Shown: positions 38,345-47,384 of the stretch, one piece after another
Layout: each line of letters opens with the position of its first letter
Position numbering within the stretch: position 1 is the stretch's first letter
Virus record (IMG/VR): IMGVR_UViG_3300014204_000002
Location: 1 to 64,000 of that record
Direction: 5' to 3' (one strand)
Length of the DNA: 64,000 bases
Origin: a virus
Lineage: Duplodnaviria; Caudoviricetes
The notes under the pieces: model-generated
What the model was told of the DNA's origin: nothing
What the model saw: only the letters and a program-made list of their open reading frames with translations
Database searches by the model: none
Program-made: the position numbers and the translations under genes

Positions 38345-39049
38345 ATGGAGTTCATGGAATCTCCGATTGAATGTATTGTAAAAGACGGAATTCAATATAT
38401 TACAGTAACGTCTATAGGAAAAACTCTTGGTATCGCAAATAGAACCATACACAAAGTTATAAAAAATAATCAAGATAATTTTGAGGATTGTTTGACCAGG
38501 TACCTTACGTGCCGGGTCGACGGAAATCCATTAGAACAAGTCTGTTTGTCAAAAGAGGGAGTTATAAACCTTCTTCTATTAATAAGCACAAAGCGTTACC
38601 CTGAAGAAAAACAACAGCGAATTAAAGACTTTAAGAAGTGGGCGCGTAAAGTATTAATTAATGCATATGATCAGCAGTTTAACAATCTTATCACTGCTTC
38701 AAAAGAAGAGCAGCGCGAAATAACTAAATCGATGCACAAAACACTAATGCCCGCGTTAACTAATGCATATGCTCTAAAATATAAAAGTGGTATTGTACCA
38801 AGAACTATCTATATGTATGAAAATATGATGCTGAATACTGTATCATTTGGATATCATGAGCGAGATATGAGAAATAGAGTTTCGCACGAGGAACTTGTCA
38901 GGCTTTCAATTGCACAAGGGGCAGATTTAACATTGCTTGAGTGTGGAATATTATCTATAACAGATCGCGCTGATAAGATTAATAGTATCATTGCGAAATA
39001 TTATATATCTGCGCCTAATCAGTTGAGTAAACTTGAATCTTTTATGTAA
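38345..39049 (+). CDS. antirepressor-like (Bro-N/AntA-like) DNA-binding protein
   Basis: N-terminus resembles the 15713-16594 product (QYITVTSIGKTLG...LSKEGV...FKKWA.KVL). Confidence 0.7.
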   Translation: MEFMESPIECIVKDGIQYITVTSIGKTLGIANRTIHKVIKNNQDNFEDCLTRYLTCRVDGNPLEQVCLSKEGVINLLLLISTKRYPEEKQQRIKDFKKWARKVLINAYDQQFNNLITASKEEQREITKSMHKTLMPALTNAYALKYKSGIVPRTIYMYENMMLNTVSFGYHERDMRNRVSHEELVRLSIAQGADLTLLECGILSITDRADKINSIIAKYYISAPNQLSKLESFM

Positions 39050-39249
39050 GATTTAATAACCATTACTTTTTTAAGTTGGGTAATGTGACCTATGCTCGGT
39101 GACATGTTTGTGTACAAATATAAACCAGAATACAAAGATAGTTTAAAGCGCCTATATTCGACCATTGAGACTATTGCAGACGCGGAAGATACAACATTTG
39201 AATATGTCGTGAAAGACCTCTTTGATATTCATTTACACGATTATTAGAC

Positions 39250-39528
39250 ATGCAGAAACAATTAAAGGAATTATTAGATTATTATGGCAAAGATGATCGA
39301 TTACTCGTGGTATATGAGGAACTGGCAGAATTAACGCAGGCGATCACAAAATACGAACGAGGTTTAACAAAATTTAACACAAATATCGTAGAAGAAACTG
39401 CTCATGTATTGATTATGATTGAATACTTAAAGATCATTTATGGATTTGATGATCTGGATATCAAGGGAGAAATTAATAAAAAGTTAACTAAATTAATTAA
39501 ATATAGAGAACTTTATCCGAGAAGTTAA
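39250..39528 (+). CDS. MazG-like nucleotide pyrophosphohydrolase
   Basis: EELAELTQAI...EETAHV (E-x-x-E...E-x-x-D type, with His at the Asp position). Confidence 0.75.
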   Translation: MQKQLKELLDYYGKDDRLLVVYEELAELTQAITKYERGLTKFNTNIVEETAHVLIMIEYLKIIYGFDDLDIKGEINKKLTKLIKYRELYPRS

Positions 39529-39553
39529 ATAGAATGTAAACATATAATAATGT

Positions 39554-40279
39554 ATGTTTATAGATGGATTATGGAACATGCTTACTCTTCCTGATGGGAC
39601 AAAAGATCCCATCAAATATATTTTTCATATCATTATTAAAGATCGCTTTCGTCAGATGATTACGAGTGACCCGGATGCTACCGGTAATTCGCTTGAAATT
39701 CTTGACGGACTTGAGATTGATGCTCGTCTTATCACTCACGAAGAAACTGATAGGTATGTCATTAATGAACCGTTTATCAGGGCAATGATAGATAACTATA
39801 ACACCGAATGGATGAAGTATAAACCGGGAAAATTAGAGCGAAAATACAAGGATTTTGTTATTAATTTCGTATTTGCCTTGTATCGAAATGACAGTGAGTA
39901 TACCTCGAAGATTGGCGGAATTATGTCGTGGCTCATCATGAATAGAGAAGAGTTTTCTAATCCAAATGGAAACCATCTGAAGGTAATAGAGCAGGTTTAT
40001 GATTTTTGGGCCAATGGATCTCTTGATGCAGAAGGCAATGTCATTCAACCGGGCGATAATCGAATTAGAACCAAGCCGTGGATAGACTGGGGATTCCGCT
40101 ACGTTATAAACCGATACAAGAGAGGCCAGAAATTCTACATGTATAGTGTTAACTTCTTTCTTCGGTACATTTACGTCAACGCCGATAAATGGGTTATTAT
40201 TCCTGCGTTCTTCCCGGAAAACTGGTATGGAAACAATAAAGGGTATCAGACTATTGAGCTCTACGGAGGCAACTTCTAA
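39554..40279 (+). CDS. hypothetical protein
   Basis: 241 aa; TTAAATA box upstream. Confidence 0.7.
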   Translation: MFIDGLWNMLTLPDGTKDPIKYIFHIIIKDRFRQMITSDPDATGNSLEILDGLEIDARLITHEETDRYVINEPFIRAMIDNYNTEWMKYKPGKLERKYKDFVINFVFALYRNDSEYTSKIGGIMSWLIMNREEFSNPNGNHLKVIEQVYDFWANGSLDAEGNVIQPGDNRIRTKPWIDWGFRYVINRYKRGQKFYMYSVNFFLRYIYVNADKWVIIPAFFPENWYGNNKGYQTIELYGGNF

Positions 40280-40755
40280 TGACAGACGAGTCAATTAATG
40301 AAGTCAATCAGGAAGCAGCAGTAGACCCGGTTATTAAATTTTTAGCGACGCTGCGATTTGATACAGATGTATTCACGGTGTTGCATCAGGCGTCAATGGA
40401 TCCTGAACAATATGATAAATTTTTCCAGTCACCTGAACTATTCGTGTTGCTTAATGCCTCGCACGTACTGAATGATAACGACCCAAATAAAGGTGAGATT
40501 GATCATCAGGCAATTCAAAATTTGTTGCGATGGATTACCGTAAAATGCGCAACTGATCCGGTCTGGATGTGTTATTTTGGCTGGTTATTCAGGTTTATTG
40601 CAGTGCATACCGATCCATCGAGTTATTGGCCTATTAAGTTTAGCCCGCGATTCTTGCCTAAAAATTTCATCAAGCGCGGCGAATCCTTTGACATTGGAGT
40701 CGAAAACCGAAAGATTAAAACTCCCGAAGAAGTATTCAAAAAATCTAAGCAATAA
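40279..40755 (+). CDS. hypothetical protein, possible paralog of the upstream gene's C-terminal half
   Basis: TAATG coupling; shared F..R(F/Y)I...W...P.F.P.N pattern. Confidence 0.65.
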   Translation: MTDESINEVNQEAAVDPVIKFLATLRFDTDVFTVLHQASMDPEQYDKFFQSPELFVLLNASHVLNDNDPNKGEIDHQAIQNLLRWITVKCATDPVWMCYFGWLFRFIAVHTDPSSYWPIKFSPRFLPKNFIKRGESFDIGVENRKIKTPEEVFKKSKQ

Positions 40756-40793
40756 TAATTAACTTTATCTCTTTTTGCGATCTATATATTGTC

Positions 40794-41312
40794 ATGGTAG
40801 ATCATGCGTATGGAATAAGACGGGCAAAAGGAACAGCAGCGTCTTCCACTTGTATTTCGTCACATTATGGCGCTGAAATAATCGACCCTGTTACGAAAAG
40901 ACCTGTTGGATCTGGATTTAATGGCGTTCCAAGAGGCATGGAACACTGTAATGACAAAAAGTGGTGTTTTAAACAGGAACTTGGCTTTACTCATTTTCAG
41001 GAAGGAGTTGGTCAATGGGCTGGATTATCTTATTGTTTATGTACTCATGCTGAAGTTAATGCTATTGCACAGGCAGGAGATCGGGCATGGGGATGTTGGA
41101 TGTATTTGTGGGGCGAGCGAGCAAACGGAGTCAGGATCCTTCCGCAACCATGCTTTACTTGCACTAAAATGATTATTAATGCTGGTATAACTGATGTAAT
41201 TGTTGAGTCAACTCCGGGAATTTATATAAAGATCAATCCAATCGCGCTGTATCATAAATACGTTAAAGAAATGGTGGATTACGCTGACTTAAATAAAGGA
41301 AATTCGGAGTAA
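40794..41312 (+). CDS. dCMP deaminase
   Basis: C..SHYGA, GFNG, HAE.NAI and PCFTC zinc motifs. Confidence 0.92.
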   Translation: MVDHAYGIRRAKGTAASSTCISSHYGAEIIDPVTKRPVGSGFNGVPRGMEHCNDKKWCFKQELGFTHFQEGVGQWAGLSYCLCTHAEVNAIAQAGDRAWGCWMYLWGERANGVRILPQPCFTCTKMIINAGITDVIVESTPGIYIKINPIALYHKYVKEMVDYADLNKGNSE

Positions 41313-41317
41313 TTTAT

Positions 41318-41674
41318 ATGAGCGATTATGAGGTAGGAAAAGATATTGGCGCTCTAATACAGCGAGTCGAATATCTCGAAACCGCACTATTTACAGCAGA
41401 ACCATCTTCGGAGTTTGAGGATTATGCTCACCGTTTAGCGTATCCGATCACAGGAAAGGTAACGGCAAATACTGATACGAATAAGAATCTTTGCCGGGCT
41501 GTACAAGAGTCAACCTATACTGTTGAACTTTTAAAGACGAACGATGGCATTCCTACGTTAATGAAATCTGAAATGACTCGTGCTGAGCTTGACGATTTTA
41601 TTGCGAAGAATCCCGGCAGAAACTTTAGCGAGTTTATCGTGTCTGTTTCTCCATCATACAAGGATTACATATGA
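41318..41674 (+). CDS. hypothetical protein
   Basis: 118-aa ORF within the operon. Confidence 0.55.
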   Translation: MSDYEVGKDIGALIQRVEYLETALFTAEPSSEFEDYAHRLAYPITGKVTANTDTNKNLCRAVQESTYTVELLKTNDGIPTLMKSEMTRAELDDFIAKNPGRNFSEFIVSVSPSYKDYI

Positions 41675-41949
41675 ACGAAGTTTACACCGGCTTAATAAAT
41701 AAAATACAGGGAAATGACCGGGCTACCTTTTCCATGAATATAACCATGCCTCAGGATTTATCAGATGACGACAAGAAAACCATCGGGGACTCATTTACCA
41801 TCACGCGCGAAGAAGCGGAGGAAAACCCGATCTTCGAATACTGGTTCGCCCAAGTCGAGAAAAAAGGCTACTGGGCGCCGTGGATGCAAGACTGGACGAG
41901 CGCGACGATCTACCGGTTCTACAGGGGCGAAGAAACGATTAATGTCTGA
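41671..41949 (+). CDS. hypothetical protein (GC-rich insert)
   Basis: ATGA-coupled; about 53% GC over 41761-41940. Confidence 0.6.
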   Translation: MNEVYTGLINKIQGNDRATFSMNITMPQDLSDDDKKTIGDSFTITREEAEENPIFEYWFAQVEKKGYWAPWMQDWTSATIYRFYRGEETINV

Positions 41950-42634
41950 AAAAAGCATTAACGACATGAAATTTGGCGTCACTATCGATGATCGCGAATT
42001 AACCCACGAGAGCAATGCGTGGATCCATCCATATTTAGTTAATGCGTTTCCTAGCGTTGAATTTACAATTAATCGCATAGACGAGGGGGATTTCGAATCT
42101 GACCACGTTATCGTGGAAAGAAAAAAAATAGAGGACTTATGGGAGTCGTTACAGGATGGCAGGTTTCATGATCAGATAAATCGCCTCATGACGCACCATG
42201 ATAAAATTGTCATTTATCTAATCGTGGGATCGGTGGACGCCTTTATGTTCAAGCATAATGCTCTACACGCACGAGGAATAGTCAGGAAGCCCGATGCTGA
42301 TACAATCGATGCAATGATTGCCTCTCTGCTGATCAGGTATAATTTTCGGGTAATATGTGACTCTAATGAGCAACTTGGTCTCAAGCGTATGATTAGGATG
42401 ATGCAGAAGATAGAGGACGAAGATGCACTCGATATTCCATCAAAGGTAGATCCACTCATGTTATCCGGGTGTATCACAGGGTTATCCAAAAAGCAGGTGC
42501 AAGAATTAAGCAAGAAATATGGCACGTCTCTTGTAAGATGGGGCAAGTTATCAAAGGCTCAATTAATGGAGATTAAGGGAATTGGGCCAGCAAAAGCCGA
42601 CAAATTTCTCAAGATCCTCAATAGCGGATTTTAA
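41942..42634 (+). CDS. XPF/ERCC4-family endonuclease with HhH
   Basis: DDRE, GDF, ERKKIEDL..S..DGRF..Q, C-terminal IKGIGPAKA; start moved to ATG 41942. Confidence 0.9.
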   Translation: MSEKSINDMKFGVTIDDRELTHESNAWIHPYLVNAFPSVEFTINRIDEGDFESDHVIVERKKIEDLWESLQDGRFHDQINRLMTHHDKIVIYLIVGSVDAFMFKHNALHARGIVRKPDADTIDAMIASLLIRYNFRVICDSNEQLGLKRMIRMMQKIEDEDALDIPSKVDPLMLSGCITGLSKKQVQELSKKYGTSLVRWGKLSKAQLMEIKGIGPAKADKFLKILNSGF

Positions 42635-42770
42635 AAGTTAAATCCTGATACTTAACATATTTTTATATTGCGTCAGGTCAATTGTATAATTCCAAAAACT
42701 TTTTACTTTATAATATGGTTGCTTTATAATATGGAGGATTCTCGTTTAAATTTGAAAAGGAGAAGATTAT

Positions 42771-44171
42771 TTGAATATTTACGACGATGCGTTGAATGAG
42801 TTGAAGAGACGTCAAGTGGAGGATGCCGATATATTTGGTCCTTATTTCATTATCAGCTATGCGTGCCATGCCTTCAATCTCATGAACGAGCAAAGTTTAA
42901 AGAATACTGATGGCAGAAAAGCCGTCTATATGGCAAGTGGTCAGGTTCCAAACATGCGCACACATTTGCTGTTTATGGCTCCTCCCGGCACTGGCAAGTC
43001 TTTTTTTCTCAAGCACTTCTCAAATAAGAATTTCGGTATATTTCGCTATGCTGGTCATCCAATACATACCGAAACATCGATGACAGGCGCTGCATTTGTT
43101 GGAACAATAAAATTAGAACCTGATGGATCTGCCACAACTGTTCCCGGTGCAGCATATGAACATCAATCTGCCGTTTTCGTTATGGAAGAATTCCTCGCAA
43201 TGATGTCTGCTATGAAAACCGGCTACAACGGAGAACTTGAGGCACAGTTATTAACGGCATTAGATTCAGGGGATATGTCCAAGCGACTTGCTCATGGCCC
43301 CATTGAATATCACACATCGCTCAGTATGTGGTGTGGTATACAGCCAATTAAAGTCAGTTTGGAAGGCGGTCTTGGAAGACGATTTTGCTATATTCTTAAC
43401 ATTCCAACAACCGAAGGACAGGAACGATACACAGAAGCCTCAATGGGTTCCGATAACATCGAAGTTGATATGAATTGGCTCCAATCATATAGACGGCGTG
43501 TCGAACTCTGGACGGCATCACTTGAACTCATAGAAACAGTAAAGTTTGATCCTGCGTTCTATAACTTCTTGCGCACAGTGATTAAATGTAAGGGGTATGA
43601 GGTCGATATCTATAGGCGGTTGATACTTGGATACCATCTATCTAAGTACGGGGTTTCTGAACATGTTGTAGCGATGCTCGATGATACCATTACTCAGATT
43701 ATTATTCAGCAGGCGGAATGGCGACATAGAATTAAGCAAGGTCCACGAGTGCAGCAGATAGTTTATGTGTTGAGGGAAAATGGCTACCAGATGGAAAATG
43801 GCTTTGGTATGACAAAGGCAGAAATGATCTCCTATGGCAGTGATATGGAAATGTCAGCACAACTAGTACATGATATATTACTCGACGCAAGCAAACTTGG
43901 TTATATCAAGATCCGGGGCAACAACCTATGTATAGAACCAGCCGCGTTACTTGACTCCCCGATAATTCAACGCGCTAAATCAGCCGGGTTAATTGCAGAA
44001 ACACCGAGTGTTGTGCCAGTGATAACTTCAGAAGTCAACCAGTTAATGAAGCCAAGATCCTTTCAAATGGATTATGATACGTTAAATGAACGAGAATGGG
44101 ACGAATTAGATCCCGATGAAATGGAGGAAATGAGAGAGTATGACGAAGAGCGTAACAATTACTTTGAGTAA
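42771..44171 (+). CDS. MCM-like AAA+ helicase lacking the N-terminal OB/Zn domain
   Basis: HLLFMAPPGTGKS (Walker A), TGAAFVG, VPGA, VMEEF (Walker B), LGRRF Arg finger, C-terminal wHTH-like region. Confidence 0.75.
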   Translation: MNIYDDALNELKRRQVEDADIFGPYFIISYACHAFNLMNEQSLKNTDGRKAVYMASGQVPNMRTHLLFMAPPGTGKSFFLKHFSNKNFGIFRYAGHPIHTETSMTGAAFVGTIKLEPDGSATTVPGAAYEHQSAVFVMEEFLAMMSAMKTGYNGELEAQLLTALDSGDMSKRLAHGPIEYHTSLSMWCGIQPIKVSLEGGLGRRFCYILNIPTTEGQERYTEASMGSDNIEVDMNWLQSYRRRVELWTASLELIETVKFDPAFYNFLRTVIKCKGYEVDIYRRLILGYHLSKYGVSEHVVAMLDDTITQIIIQQAEWRHRIKQGPRVQQIVYVLRENGYQMENGFGMTKAEMISYGSDMEMSAQLVHDILLDASKLGYIKIRGNNLCIEPAALLDSPIIQRAKSAGLIAETPSVVPVITSEVNQLMKPRSFQMDYDTLNEREWDELDPDEMEEMREYDEERNNYFE

Positions 44172-44601
44172 TGAGTTATTACAGAAACTCGCAATAATGG
44201 AATTACAACCGTCAAAAGTTTGCAATGCAATGCTTGAGTGGTATTTGACAGATTACGACAAGGACATTGGTGCAATATTCATGATGGAGCACCTTGCCGC
44301 GCAAATTAAACTCATGAAAGAAGAAATTATCCAGTTAGAACAGAAACAGAATCTTGTTGCAAAACTCGAAAGAAAATTAAAAGTAATCAAGGATACCTAC
44401 GAGGATTCATCCGGTAAACTCGAAATCCAGTATCTGCTTAATTTCCTGCGCCGAAGAGTCATTGCATATCATTACGACATTAACGAAATTCAAGAAAAAC
44501 AAAGTGATGTTATTGAGAGAATAAAAGTCCACAATAAAAAGTTTGATTTACAACATTTCATCGATGAGACGCGCCTCCTCAGAGAAGAGACGCTTCTGTA
44601 A
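44140..44601 (+). CDS. hypothetical protein (RHH-like N-terminus plus coiled coil)
   Basis: MTKSVTITLSNELL...; overlaps the helicase 3' end. Confidence 0.55.
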   Translation: MTKSVTITLSNELLQKLAIMELQPSKVCNAMLEWYLTDYDKDIGAIFMMEHLAAQIKLMKEEIIQLEQKQNLVAKLERKLKVIKDTYEDSSGKLEIQYLLNFLRRRVIAYHYDINEIQEKQSDVIERIKVHNKKFDLQHFIDETRLLREETLL

Positions 44602-45400
44602 ACTTTTCAAATTTATCAATCGATTTTTCAAACAAGGCAGCCTGCGCTGTCGGAGATAAATAATCCTCGTATATTTTGCGACATTTATTTTGCGCCACGC
44701 CGAGATCATGGGTTTCATGGAATTCTAATACTATTTCTGCAGTTTTTCTCGGATCTTCTACCCACGGGAAACAGTCCATGGATCGATAATCAATAAAATG
44801 ATCAAAAGGAATGCATCCTCCAGAATCAATATAAATGGGAATCCTACTCACTGCAAGCGTTTCGTATAAGCGCTGTGAATAATTACCATTTCCTCTGGCA
44901 CATAAATTGTACTGATTCGCAAGAAGGTTGTTACGAAAGAGCGGTGCATCTTTCTTGTGGGCTGCCGCAATTGCCGGGAAGAAACTACACGATTCTCCTT
45001 CAGGTTCCCATCTAATATGTGCATCAAAACAAATCAAATCTGAATCCATAAGCGATTTTGCCGCAAAATAACGAGGTTCAAATCCCCGATGTAACACAGT
45101 CTGCGCATTCTTGTTAAATAATGGAATACGACCCACAAAACCTACTGATGGCACTTCCGATTCCTCTGATAGCGGCAACTGCTTCACGTTATCAAGATCG
45201 ATTGCAGACCACGAATATGTGTTATAACATTTTTCGGCACCAGTTAAAAATTGCACGATTTCATAATTGAGCGGTATCCCAAAGTCAGAACACACAAACA
45301 CATAATCGTAACCTGTCAAATCTGGCAACTCTTCCTTAAAATAATGGAATCCTAAAACAGAAGGATAAATATTGAATTTATCCACTATGCGACTAAACAT
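44579..45400 (-). CDS. exostosin-like (GT47-type) glycosyltransferase
   Basis: VGFVGR and YNLCARGNGNYSQRLYETLAVSRIPIYI. Confidence 0.8.
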   Translation of the reverse strand: MFSRIVDKFNIYPSVLGFHYFKEELPDLTGYDYVFVCSDFGIPLNYEIVQFLTGAEKCYNTYSWSAIDLDNVKQLPLSEESEVPSVGFVGRIPLFNKNAQTVLHRGFEPRYFAAKSLMDSDLICFDAHIRWEPEGESCSFFPAIAAAHKKDAPLFRNNLLANQYNLCARGNGNYSQRLYETLAVSRIPIYIDSGGCIPFDHFIDYRSMDCFPWVEDPRKTAEIVLEFHETHDLGVAQNKCRKIYEDYLSPTAQAALFEKSIDKFEKFTEASLL

Positions 45401-45603
45401 TAATCCTCTAAATTTATGAGAATTGCGAGCACCTTTTCATCCCACGGAAATCGAATAAGTGCAGATTTGCCGCCTGTTTCTTCAAGTTCCATGTTTATGC
45501 GAATTTTGGCAATCTCAATTAAGATCTTGGCAGAATTAATATCCGGGTGACCTTCCATTAACTCCATAAGATCCTTTTCTGCTTGTGTTAACTCATACTC
45601 CAT
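45400..45603 (-). CDS. hypothetical protein, possible HTH
   Basis: 67 aa; TAATG coupling. Confidence 0.5.
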   Translation of the reverse strand: MEYELTQAEKDLMELMEGHPDINSAKILIEIAKIRINMELEETGGKSALIRFPWDEKVLAILINLED

Positions 45604-45604
45604 T

Positions 45605-46360
45605 TTAGACCACCGTTACGGTTTTGTAAAATGCGTGCGGGATAGTAAAGATGTTATAATCCCATTTATAATTAGATCCATCGATTTCGAACAGCACATA
45701 GCCGTTATCTGGCATTTCCTGTGACCCCTGATTCATGAAATGATCAAGTCCTTTCCAACAAGGCGTGTTAATCGTGATATCATTTGAGTCACCCGAAAAG
45801 TTAAATTTGTGCGTATGTGACCGCAAATAAATATCGACGTTTGTGCCCTGCGACTTCATAATCATGGCTTCCTTGCGCTGCCCGGTGCATCGTGAATATG
45901 GCGTCGATGAATAGCCAATTTTGTGCCTCACATGCATGATTAAGTCTTCAATTTTCAGGAATTGGTGATCTCCAAGCCATACACCATCAATCATCTGGCA
46001 CACAATCTGATCGCCTGAAGTCTGCCCGGTGTGATACTTTGAGCCGTTGGTAATGTAAACGGTATCAGCATCAATCATATTGATGAGTGTAGCCGCAATA
46101 AATGCCTGCGCGTGTATGTTAGTCGAAATAACACCAGTTCCATTTTCTTTACGGTTCTCGCCCTCGATAAGGTCGCCATTAACAATGAGCATATCAACGT
46201 GGCCGACTTTTTGCCGCATAACATTCCACTTATCAAAGAAGTGGTTCTGAATAGCGTTTGCAGTATACGTCATGTGGTAGTCTTCATCGGTAACTTCGGG
46301 CAGGCAGAGCGCGAACGGCGACCCAACATGTAAATCAGAAACGACTAACACGCGCTTCAT
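45605..46360 (-). CDS. calcineurin-like metallophosphoesterase
   Basis: SDLHVG, NGDLIEG, GSKYH, H and SHTH. Confidence 0.85.
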   Translation of the reverse strand: MKRVLVVSDLHVGSPFALCLPEVTDEDYHMTYTANAIQNHFFDKWNVMRQKVGHVDMLIVNGDLIEGENRKENGTGVISTNIHAQAFIAATLINMIDADTVYITNGSKYHTGQTSGDQIVCQMIDGVWLGDHQFLKIEDLIMHVRHKIGYSSTPYSRCTGQRKEAMIMKSQGTNVDIYLRSHTHKFNFSGDSNDITINTPCWKGLDHFMNQGSQEMPDNGYVLFEIDGSNYKWDYNIFTIPHAFYKTVTVV

Positions 46361-46716
46361 TGTATTTTGACCTGCTGATCGGCAAACCTCGGATATACTC
46401 GCGTAAATTCGGCATCAGACACGACAAATTCGATTCTTAATCTGGCCGCATCGACAGTCATAGAAGTGACAAATTCGGTCTGGACCCATCCATTAGACGC
46501 ATCAAGAATTTCACACGGAAGATCGGTAGCAAACCCTTCCTCGCGAAATGAGGAGCCGTCATCCTGCAATTCCTGCACAATTTTAAAAAGGTTGCATACA
46601 ATGGTCGTTCCGGTTAAATCTACAGGAATCAGGCTCTGTGTCGCCTCATCATACTCCATAATTCGATACGGAAAAGGCCCAAACTCACCCTTTCGCATAT
46701 ACGCGGTGTTAAGCAT
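46357..46716 (-). CDS. BppU-like baseplate/Ig-like protein
   Basis: PVDLTGTTI...DASNGWV...EFVV...YP pattern. Confidence 0.6.
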   Translation of the reverse strand: MLNTAYMRKGEFGPFPYRIMEYDEATQSLIPVDLTGTTIVCNLFKIVQELQDDGSSFREEGFATDLPCEILDASNGWVQTEFVTSMTVDAARLRIEFVVSDAEFTRVYPRFADQQVKIQ

Positions 46717-46788
46717 GAGTAATATACAACTTGAAACTTTAAATAGATTACTAAGTTAAATGCCTTAACATTCGCGAGAAAAGTCTAC

Positions 46789-46862
46789 CATAACAAAAGA
46801 AGAAAGGAAAAATTCTCCTTTTGCCGTGTGCATCATTTAGTTGTGTTTACTATCTTATAAAA
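46789..46862 (-). repeat. dispersed promoter+hairpin unit, copy C (putative small RNA gene)
   Basis: Minus strand TTTTATAA...ACACAACTAA-ATGATGC...GGCAAAAGGAGAA-loop-TTCTTCTTTTGTTATG. Confidence 0.72.
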
Positions 46863-46863
46863 C

Positions 46864-46932
46864 TTACTTTCCCTTACCTTTGGGTACAGGTTTCTTGCCC
46901 TTGGGTACTGGTTTACTTCCACCACATGCCAT
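46864..46932 (-). CDS. 22-aa basic peptide MACGGSKPVPKGKKPVPKGKGK
   Basis: Strong GAGGTGA SD; TTTATATC promoter upstream; internal KPVPKGK repeat with synonymous differences. Confidence 0.65.
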   Translation of the reverse strand: MACGGSKPVPKGKKPVPKGKGK

Positions 46933-46975
46933 ATTTTTCACCTCGAATTATTGTTTGATTAACTGATATATAAAC

Positions 46976-47128
46976 TTAATTACCAAGAATAAAATCTGCT
47001 TCTTCCTGTGTTATTTTACCAAGCGTCACGAATGTATTAACTTGTGCCTCGGTAATAGTTCCTGCGTGATACCTTACATATACAATTTTTGCAAGTGCAG
47101 AGAGATCATCGTAACTTGTTATAGTCAT
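46976..47128 (-). CDS. XkdX-like small tail-associated protein
   Basis: 50 aa ending FVTLGKITQEEADFILG. Confidence 0.7.
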   Translation of the reverse strand: MTITSYDDLSALAKIVYVRYHAGTITEAQVNTFVTLGKITQEEADFILGN

Positions 47129-47232
47129 TCTAACTCACGCTCTGCGATATATTGTTCAAGTGCAGTAACGCGCTCTTCAAGCGATACATAATCAATTCCG
47201 AAAATTCCTAATATTACTTTTATTAAACTCAT
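47125..47232 (-). CDS. short XkdW-like C-terminal peptide
   Basis: 35 aa; SLEERVTALEQY resembles PDERVAALEQY of 47384-47674. Confidence 0.5.
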   Translation of the reverse strand: MSLIKVILGIFGIDYVSLEERVTALEQYIAERELE

Positions 47233-47384
47233 GGTTTATTTCCTACGATATAAGTTTGTTCATCTACCGTTACTTTAAATGTTGTTACCAATGTTTCTAA
47301 TTGTGTAGAGGTTAGTGTCCCTGCCAGATAACGAGCCAGTGCAATTTTTGCCACCGATCCTAATTCACTGTAATTTTCTATCAT
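47229..47384 (-). CDS. XkdX-like small protein (second copy)
   Basis: 51 aa; Y..L..VAKI...RY.AGT paralogous to 46976-47128. Confidence 0.65.
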   Translation of the reverse strand: MIENYSELGSVAKIALARYLAGTLTSTQLETLVTTFKVTVDEQTYIVGNKP

